From the NCBI GenBank assembly GCA_047967505.1, contig CM106538.1: a stretch of 64,000 bases of DNA; one strand, given 5' to 3'. How positions within the stretch are numbered: the stretch's first letter is position 1; every line of letters begins with the position of its first letter. This document shows, one piece after another, positions 13,192 through 22,149 of the stretch. The translations under genes and the position numbers were made by a program. Under the pieces are notes generated by a model. The model saw nothing but the letters and a program-made list of their open reading frames with translations. It had not been told where the DNA came from and ran no database searches. The DNA comes from Dipteris shenzhenensis (Eukaryota).

Positions 13192-14245
13192 CACCATTGT
13201 ACTTGCATCTCATCAATCAACATTCGTACTTGCCTCAATTGTCTCTCTCCATGACGTAACGGTCTCATATCCCTTCCTCTCTCACCATGTTTTCTATAGT
13301 AATGGAGGAGCTTTGTCGGTACTGGTTTCCTCAATGGCCTCCACGAAAACCTTGAGAGGATGTAAAGTAGGCTTGCGGAAAGGAATGCTCAAGGTAGCCA
13401 AAAGTCTTGTGCATAGTGTCTTCTTAAAGAATCTTGCCAATGAGGGCAAGTAAAATCAACTGGGCCAAATTACTAAGTGTACCTACAAAAGAAAGCTTGG
13501 AGATTGAAGCAGGGTGATTAGTTGGAGGGGTGGGATATCCAAGACCGTACTAACTGTGTCATCCAGCCATTAGGCAATGAAGTCCGGAACTGACTCATCA
13601 GCACGAAGTTGAGATATTATGAGACAAGATTGAGCATTGATGAAGGTCTCAACATCAACATGATCATGTGGCTTTGAGTGTATCCCAAATGGCCTTTGGG
13701 GTAGGGAGGGAACGAACCAATTGAGTCTGCAAGTCGCCACAATGAAGGATAATATCCGAGTGGGCTTTAGAACCAGCTAACAGCCATAATTGACGAGGCG
13801 CAGGTTGAGCAATGCCAGGATGAAGTTGCGTGCCTTTGACAATATCCCACAGTTCCACATGAATGAGTAACATCTAGAGGATAACAGGTGATTGAAGTAT
13901 GTGAACTGAAATGGTGGGCCAAGAAAACATCCAGCTAGGAAGTAAGGCATCTCACTCAATTTAATGACATAGACGAAAAATGAATACTTGGTAGCAACTC
14001 TCTGACTCCAAAAAACACCGCCTCCTCCATGAGCTAATAGCCCTGTGTGTCTCCGGAGGAGAATTAAGAAGAAAGTATCGAGTACGCGAATAGATCAGAA
14101 TCTGAAACCATGTGAGAAACGAAGTGAATCATGTATGATACGATGGAAGACCAAGAAGGATTTGAAACGGTTTGAATAGTGCATGGCATGAGCTACTCTT
14201 ATAGAGCTAACCTAATATTGGAGTTATCATTATCAAAATACAACA
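13192..14245 (-). mobile_element. Older Ty1/copia fragment (short LTR, degenerate PBS, gag), interrupted by the 11064-13186 element
   Basis: Gag-like MLLIHVELWDIVKG...KAHSDIILHCGDLQTQLVRSLPTPKAIWDTLK and a degenerate knuckle near 13270-13310. PBS-like TGGTTTCAGA on the minus strand at 14101-14110, next to a putative TG...CA LTR at ~14111-14245. Confidence 0.7.
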
Positions 14246-14290
14246 TACTCTTAAAAAACCAGAGATCTGATCCAAAATCTAGAAAGAGAC

Positions 14291-14458
14291 TTTGCTTGGA
14301 AATTGTTGACAGCTGCGAAATGTTAAATAACAGCACATGCTCAGCAAGATTGTTCTTTTTGAAAGAAATGGAATGGGTTTTGCTTTGAAATTGTTGACAG
14401 CTGAGAAAAGCACATATGCAGCAAAATTGTTTAATTTTTAAAGAAATGCAATGGGTTC
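14291..14458. repeat. Diverged ~80-90-bp tandem duplication just downstream of PARP exon 9
   Basis: TTGCTT(G/T)GAAATTGTTGACAGCTG...GCACAT...AAAGAAATG(G/C)AATGGGTT occurs twice in tandem. Confidence 0.75.
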
Positions 14459-17400
14459 AATATACCTCCATACCAGACCTGGATAAACCTCACACAGCAG
14501 CAGTTTGTTGCTTCCCTTTGTGTAAAGTTGTTGAGCACTTTTAGATGAGTCTGTTGCGAAATAACAACCCTGTAGACCCAACTTGAAAAAGTCATAAATT
14601 CCCTCTAGACATGAACAGAACCTCAGACAACTAAAAGAAACAGAGAACCCACCACTCCAAACATGTTCCTCTTGTCCCTTGCAGGGAGTCGGAAACCATT
14701 TCTTATTATACCCTGAATCCCTTTATCGTCAGTACCATGAAATAGGTGCTGGGAAGGCTTTGTGGGCTTGATCAGCTCACGTTGAGCTTTCAGGCAGAGC
14801 GTTTGTAGTTTCAAATTCCGGATCTTTTCAATCTTTGTGACTCGAGGGAATATATTGTGGGTAGGCTGAATGTATTTCTGTGTTCTGTCCATGACCTACA
14901 TCATAGAAATTTGTGAGTCAATTAGGATTGTCCCAATGTTTCAGACACCTACTGATCAGTGCTCTTGCTTATATAGTTGATCGTTCCAACAGATTATAAA
15001 AAACATACAATATAAAAAAGCCTACTAATCGATACCCTAGCCAGTGATCTTCATTGATCCAATGATTGGAATTATTTTTAAACATGCGGAAAAGCACACT
15101 AACCGTGTAATACTCGTCTGCATTTTCACCATTGCTTTTAATCTCTTCTATGAGAAAACCTTGTTCTGTACTTGATTGTATATCCTGTAATTGTTTAGCA
15201 ATTTCATTGTATTTCTGTTGCATCTCTCTTTTTGCTATCTCCTTCTCTATCTCTCCACATACTTTACAAGGCACCTTACTGCAATTCACAGAGCACAGCT
15301 GAGCACATATATGCCCGCAGCTTAATTTCTTTCCGCATATTTGATCACACTTAAAAAAAGGGAGACGTAGCTGTGCCTGCTTTTCCCAGCATTTACATTC
15401 CTTCATGTGCCCACAACCTTCTAATCTAACCGAAGTTGCATTGTTGCAAAGCTTTTCTGCTTCGTCTTCCGAGCACAACCTCGTGAGCTTTTGTGCACAG
15501 TTTCTGCATGTGTATTTGATGCTGATCTTGCACTTCGGATGATCACCAATGTGACAAGTATCTGAGCACATATGACCGCAATTCAGTAAAGCTGGACATG
15601 GTCTCTTGCATAGTTTTGGAGTAAATGCGTCTGCATGTCGGCTGTGTATGCCAAAAGCTGAGGTTTCTGGATGACGAGGGCACATCACGGGGATGACATT
15701 TCCAAAGCATGCTTTTCTTTCAAAATACTGAACCAAAGTCTGCCAGTCGTGAGATTTTGCTGTTAAGGTGGAATGATTTCCACACAGATATACCGCGCTT
15801 CTTGCACGTGATACGGATACACACAACCTATTTCGTAAATTCAAATATCCAATTTTACCATCCTCATTGGAACGAACGAGGGAAACTATGACAATTCTGT
15901 TCTCGGATCCCTGTAACAAGTTTTAAGCCTTAGTCACTTCCAATACCTTGCAAGGAAGCCTCTCTAGAGTCTACATTCTGCAAGGCCATCGTGATGCAAA
16001 AGTCCAGTTTTGAACTTAACCTGGAATCTATCGATTGAGTGCACACCAATGTCACCTTCATCTTCTTGGATATCTTTCAAACTTTTGCGAATCAGTGCAA
16101 CCTGAAGCAGAAAAAAAGTTTCAACCTACGGAGTGACTAAATACATTCTGCATAAAATGCACAAAAATCACATGCCCTCTCTCTGCTGGGGTGCTTCCTC
16201 TGCTTTGGCAAACAGATTTACAATGCAGGGGAAGAGAGGGTTACAATACTTGTCCATTATAAGCAGCAAGAACGGTGATTTCTTCTGAATTGCAACCTTG
16301 AGCTAAAAGCCACTTTACAAGTGCAACCACCATGTGTACTTCGCCATCATTTGAATAGCTCCTCTGCGCCGTTTCTCTATGGGAATGAGACCAGAAAAAC
16401 ATGCTTGTCCTCATACACGAAGGTGGCCGATTTCGGTTACCAGAAACTAATTCCAGGTTCGTTCTCAAATTAGGATAGATAGGCAAAAGCATGGGCAAAA
16501 ACTCATCTCGCATTCTACACTGTAGATTCAAGGTTTTATACGGAATGGTTTTGCTTTCTGCAATCCTCTCAAACAAGGAAACTCCAAGATTGTGCCTGCA
16601 GGATCGATTCACCCAAATCAGGAAGAACAACTCAAAGCATGGGTGTGCAAATCTGACGCTATTTGCATGATGACGGCATATGTATATTACCAGAGATCCA
16701 ACTCATAACTCGACACAGATGGTCTGAGTTGACGGTGGTCTCCAATAAGAATGCAGTGCTGGACGCTTGGCCGAAGCAGTGCCAAAAGCTGAGCCTCAAG
16801 GATCTCTCCTGCTTCTTCCACCACAATGATGGATGGAGAAAGAATACTCAAGATATCTTGGTGGAGAGCAGCTCCCTGTACCCAAAGCAGGCAGCTGCAT
16901 CACTCTTGGGAATGAATTTAAACTGAATATTGGGTTGCTACCAGATTGATATGCCGATCCAAAGAAAAGAAATCGAATTTCATGGCATCCGTATTAACTT
17001 ACTGTCGTGGTCATGCCCACAATCTTTGCGCTCTCCAGAACTTTGACCCTTCTTCGCTTCATGATTTCATCATTGTCCTGACAGATGCAATCATATTTCT
17101 CCCTGAGGACAGAGAGCTGGGCTGAAGTTGCTTCCACACTTTTCTGCATGATCACCACAATCAGGATGCATCTTTGCTCATCCGACAGCTGCCATGGGTT
17201 GACTCGAAGCAGCCACTCGTATTTCTGAATATCAACCTGCACATGATTCAAAGCTTCTCATTGATCTCATAAATCTTACTCTTCAGCGAACTCGATTGAG
17301 CGCATCATCAAGTTGTGAACTTACGTAGAACAGCTGGAAATTGGGCAGTAGCAGGTCATCGGTTTGATTCTTGAAGCGCTTGATCTTGTTGTGCAGGGAG

Positions 17401-20120
17401 TTGGTTTCCCCTTTGCTCGCCGATCTAGTGAACTTCACATCCTGCATGTCTTCCCACTCTGCGTTCCTTTCTTCATACTCTTCTTCCTCTACGTCGAAGT
17501 CTCCTTTCTCGCTCGACTCATCGGATTCGTCCTTTGATGATGAAGAAAGTGATGACAGAATCATATCCTCAGGCGAGGATCTCATTAACAAACAATTTTG
17601 CACAAGCTTGAAAATTCCTGCGCTGGGTATCCACGCCTTCAAGTTCTTATGCAAGGCTTGTCGAAGTTGGATGGAAAGAGCTGGATCATGGGAGCCTTGA
17701 GACAACCCATCCTGTAAAGCTTTCTGTACCGACATGCCCTGAGGTAGAGACTTCAGTAACGCCTTATGTTGTGGGATATGAGAAAGAAATTGGTCAAGCA
17801 GTCCTTCTGGCGCATGCGATATGAGTGCCTTCATACTAAACGACTTGCATCCATGCAAATCCTCCAAGAGCTCTTCCATCTCGGCCTGTAGTTGCTCTAA
17901 CTTTCTCGCGTTATCCCTCCAATCAGGGCTGAACTCATCGGCTCTGTCCATCACATTGGTAAGATTGCATTTCTGCAAATTTACGTTCGTTCCCCGTCCA
18001 CCAACTCGTACCAGACCACCAGGCTGCCCACAGAATTCGAGGCAAGACTCCAGAAATTGATCCAGTGCTTGGTTCTTGAACGTGACGACCAATATTGGCC
18101 GACGGGGTAGTGTACTCGCTGAGAGCAACAACTCCAGAATTTTCACGCCCAAGAAAGTTTTACCTGTGCACACGATGCATTAATGCGAGCTGGAGCTTCC
18201 TTGCAGGTATTCAGTCGGAAGCTTTCGCAATCCATAGCTCCTTGAAGTCGTTCAGGATGGATTTAGCATCAAGGAAAGAGTGCAAAGATTTGGCACGTCG
18301 AAAAGAGTAGGGAAGATGCACTGACCTGTTCCCGGAGGCCCTTGAATCAATGAGAGCCGGTTGTTCAAAGTGTGTTGGACTGCTTGGATTTGGCTCACGT
18401 CAAATGTGGTTTCGTATCCTTGCTGTTGCAGCCGATCGAAATCTGAAGCGCCTCCTCGGATTACTTCCGCTCCCATGCTATCCTTCGTAAAGATGCACCT
18501 CCAGTTTAGAATGGTGTCCGATTCTAGATACGCAGGGACCCTGCTTGCCGGCAAACGAAGATGTACAAGCTCGTCTTCGAACGGAATTTCTTCCGGATCA
18601 ATCTTCTGCAATGCTTTCAGCACAGGCTTGTACGCCTTATAATATGTTGGGCTCTCCGCGATCAACATGTCCGTTCCTCTTAGAACGCGTCCTACCCAGG
18701 AAACGTCGGAATCTTGATTGCTGTCGGAATCGGTTGCTTGCAAAATCTCGATGGAAAGAATGGCTTTTGTCTCCCCTGCCTTTTCGCTGGCGAGCACTAC
18801 AGCCCAAATTGGGGACTGGAAATCGCAACCGTCATCGCAAATGCAAAGGAGGCTTCCTGACATTGGTAACACAACGTCTTTGTACCCTTTTTCGCCACCT
18901 GAGAGGCGACATTCCAGAGCAATAACCAATCCCGGCAAGGTTTCACGAAAAGCGACCCCAATCGGGTTCGCGTGAATCCAGACTCTCATGTCCCTCTCAT
19001 CCAGCTCTCCGGCTCTGAAAGCCGAGATGCCTTTTTTCAGAGCAGCGAAGCAATCTTCTCTGAGTAACCTGAAATATGTATCGAGGTAAGTATCGGGAGA
19101 TCCGTATCCTTTGCCAACTTTGATCACCGGAAGTGGCACAGCACAGCGGACGGAGTTGCCGAGTTCTGAATCCATGGGTAGCAAAGGGAGCTTCTCCCAG
19201 CTACGATTTTCTGCTTCAGCAACGTTAGCAGCGAGCTTAAGGACGCGTAGAAGGAAATCCGTCGAGGGACATCCATGGCAGATGGAATTGGGGACCGGAG
19301 ATAGATAGCTACCGGCAGAATTACAAGCATTCGCAATCGCCGCACATTGCACGAGCTCCTGAATGAGGGGTATCATTGACGAAAGAGAATTTGGAAAGTG
19401 TTGCAACAACGTAAGCACGAATCTGGGGATCATCATCGCGGACTTGAAATGGGAGACGGATTTTCGCAGAGCATGGACGGATGTGAGGAATTCGGAGTTG
19501 GGGAAGAGGCGGAGGAAATCCTTGAGCCGGGAACTGTAGAGGACGTTGGATTGGCGCCATTGACACAAGGTGTCGACGATCTCCAAAATGCCGGACACCA
19601 TTTCCAACGTCGGAGATGTCTGTGCCAAAGCAAGTTTCAGTCCCGTCGGACATTTGGTGATTTCTCGGAGAACCAAACCAGGATCCTCTTTGAATTTGTC
19701 GATGACGATCGTCAAGTAGGAGTCGATGGCTTGTGAGTTCCTCGCTGCACAGCCAACCAGGCGCGCAAATACCGCCTTTGGCTTCTCTGAATCGTCGTTG
19801 GTTTTGAATTCTAAGTAATCTCCGACGCTCAGAATCATGAATCCCGTATCGACAGCACTGAATCGGAAGTATACCTGTTTGTGAGCATTACCGATCACGT
19901 CGCTGCTGCTGCTGCTGGCGCTGTTGCAGCGAAGATCATTCGCGGCAGTACCACCGTTTAATTCTGGCAATGGGGAAAGGAATCCGAAATCGTGGAAGAG
20001 ACGGACGATCTTTCCTGTGTGCAAGGATCGGCCACCGGAGAGGGGGATCTTTTTGAAATTGTTGCGGTGATTGAACGGAGTTCGATAAGCATTGCGTTGC
20101 GTCGACGATGCAGTCATCAT
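14438..20120 (-). CDS. ZNFX1: ZNFX1-like SF1 RNA helicase with N-terminal cold-shock-like domain, NF-X1 zinc fingers and C-terminal PARP-like catalytic domain (9 exons identified; 3' end possibly incomplete)
   Basis: Manually spliced exons, all GT-AG with compatible phases: 20120-18326, 18163-17325, 17236-17003, 16875-16691, 16595-16250, 16101-16021, 15910-15104, 14895-14653, and 14569-14479 (or read-through to TAA at 14438). Motifs: YLDTYFRLLREDCF and ESPTYYKAYKPVLKALQ (ZNFX1-family signatures from memory); Walker A IQGPPGTG|KT split by intron 1; motif Ia PILVVTFKNQALDQFLE; IVGMTTT|GAA; Walker B IVVEEAGE; motif III IGDHRQLRP; SLFERI; QCRMR; LAAYNGQ; SIDRFQ|GSEN; motif VI NRLCVSVSRAR; CGHxC zinc-finger repeats; PARP-like LFHGT...NGF...MFGV|GCYFATDSSKSAQ...LLLCEV. 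Confidence 0.9.
14479..14895 (-). other. PARP/ARTD-type ADP-ribosyltransferase catalytic domain (N-terminal part), exons 8-9
   Basis: VTKIEKIRN, HLFHGT (triad His), GIIRNGF, MFGV|GCYFATDSSKSAQQLYT (triad Tyr plus the second Tyr) and LLLCEVYPG. An 83-bp GT-AG intron (14652-14570) keeps the frame. Confidence 0.85.
15240..15690 (-). other. NF-X1-type Cys/His zinc-finger array within exon 7
   Basis: CPRHPE, then CKRPCPALLNCGHMCSDTCH, CNNATSVRLEGCGHMKECKC and CDQICGKKLSCGHICAQLCSVNC, followed by the charged helix EIEKEIAKREMQQKYNEIAKQLQ. Confidence 0.85.
19755..20021 (-). other. Cold-shock (OB-fold) domain-like segment at the N-terminus of the helicase gene (aa ~34-122)
   Basis: GKIVRLFHDFGFL (RNP1-like), QVYFRFSAV (RNP2-like), LSVGDYLEF and KPKAVFARL appear in CSD order, with a ~25-30 aa Ser-rich insertion between RNP1 and RNP2. 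Confidence 0.65.
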
Positions 20121-20500
20121 GTAAGCTGTGGAAGCAAAGGACGTAGTTGATTGCTACAAGACAGGAAAAAAAAACTGCTAGGGAGCGACGGAAATGAAGG
20201 TTCGAAGCTGTGGAAATGACGAACAAAAACATGGGGTGGCAGCATTTTTGGACGGACGAAAAGTGATTCGACAGAATATTTATTGATTCCGGCGTGAAGT
20301 GGGGCGTTTTGTTCACGCTCCACTTTTGTGTTTTTCGGTCTTCTATTGGGCACTTTAGGGCAGACTCCTCGGATGAGGATGGGTTTAATAATCAGGACGA
20401 GTAGCATGACCCGTCTACCACGCGTTAAATCAAACAATGCTCGGCTCGGCTTGGCTCTATGCTCAGTTTACTCAACGATTCAACTAGATGAGTAGCCATC

Positions 20501-20560
20501 TGATGTTGATCGAGGGGCAAATGATGTTGATCGAGGGGCAAATGTTGATCGACGGGCAAA
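20501..20560. repeat. 21-bp tandem repeat (2 perfect copies + 1 partial) upstream of the ZNFX1-like gene
   Basis: TGATGTTGATCGAGGGGCAAA x2, then TGTTGATCGACGGGCAAA. Confidence 0.9.
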
Positions 20561-21986
20561 TCATTTGCTCAAAAAATCCCCCGCCCCCTTCTCTCTCTCT
20601 CTCTCTCTCTCTCCACGTATAATATTTCTCTGTTCATCACACACCCATGTGTGCTCTCTCTACATTAAGTGTCTTCCTCAATTGCATACACAGAGAGACT
20701 CAAACAAAGGAGATCCCTCTTCTCCCTTCTCGTCAATGTTTGGTTACGGGCCTGCCCTGCCTTTTTTTCAAGGAATAAAATTTCTCGAATTGAACTTGGT
20801 CTATGCAACAAAGGGTTTGGTTATAATACTACATCTATTCATCATAGGTTATAGTAGCATCTTTGAAAGACTCATACTTTTTCCCCTCCTTTTTTTCTCA
20901 AGGCTAAGGGCCAATGCTCTACTAGCTCGCTTGATAGATATCTCTAGAAATTCATCATAAATGCCCTCTCGAACACACGCTCTGGACCTTGTAATGCAAA
21001 CTTAGCCTGGAGCAATCAGTAGAGCCACTCTAGATGAAGATCCTTTTCAATTAGTTTCGTGAACATCTCAAGGCATTGATTTTTTCTCTTTGAAGGATTC
21101 CTTGACCAACGTCCACAATTCTATACCCATTCCTTTTGATCTTTCCACTGATCATATAGTTTTGCAGAATGAGGATGAGACCAAGTTCTTCACCCGATGA
21201 CCACTAGAGTTTGCAAGGATATGCTCCATCGAGCCATCTTGTAGAGCAAATAAGATGACGATTGCTCACGGGTGAGCTAGGATCCATGTGCGACTACAAG
21301 AGATTCCAGGAGATAGTCATAAGCCTATTGAGCTCAGTGATGAGCACGGTATCAAAGTGGAGCACATGGCGCAGCTGCTACATAGGTCAACATGAACCTG
21401 TGAAGAAAGGAGGATCTCACACATGGTAATATCGTCAAAGCCTCCAAAACACTTGTCATGCATGCATAGGATAAATTCACATGCAGATTGCATCAACCAG
21501 CACCACACAATAATCCCAATGGAAGCTTACATCTCTAACACGGGGCTCAAGCTGCAAAGAGCCTCAACAAATAAAGCAAAACAGATTTTGCCAAAAGGAG
21601 ATACACAAAGCAAAGTGTTCTCTAAAAAGGAGAACTTGAAATTTGCCAAAATAGATCATGTCCTTCCAAAGAATGGTATGATCATTAAGCAGCAACACAC
21701 CTGCCTGTTGATTGCCAAAGATGGAGATTAAAGAAACCAAATGATTTTCTAAATGCATGAACAGAAAACAAACTGTCGCAAGAGAAGATACGAGTTTTAT
21801 TCCACATATATTTTTGAGTAATCAGAAGGCCCGTCCTCCGTCATCAGATGCGCTCGTATCAGCAATACACATTTCTGCATAATTCTCCATGACATGAGTT
21901 GTTTCCTTGTGCACCTTTTCTTTTGCAAATGTATCGGATACAACTTACAAGGACCCAATGGATTGTCGATTCCGTTTCTCTAACCC

Positions 21987-21990
<4 letters not shown>

Positions 21991-22037
<47 letters not shown>
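21991..22037. repeat. (CT)23 microsatellite
   Basis: Read directly. Confidence 0.95.
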
Positions 22038-22040
<3 letters not shown>

Positions 22041-22149
22041 TAGATGCAAATTATGCCTCGTAATAGGTTTAAAGAAGGTCTCATTGTGATTTACATTATC
22101 ATTAACCGTTGCATGTTACATTGGTATCAGAGCTCCGATCTGATACCAC

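Noticed and set aside
17371-19736. Multiple plus-strand ORFs of 65-126 aa overlapping exons 1-2 of the helicase gene
   Set aside because: Antisense shadows of a GC-rich coding region, with no recognisable motifs.
14623-20120. Reading the separate ORFs as a pseudogene or an operon-like multi-gene cluster
   Set aside because: Every break is explained by a canonical GT-AG intron with matching phase, giving one continuous protein.
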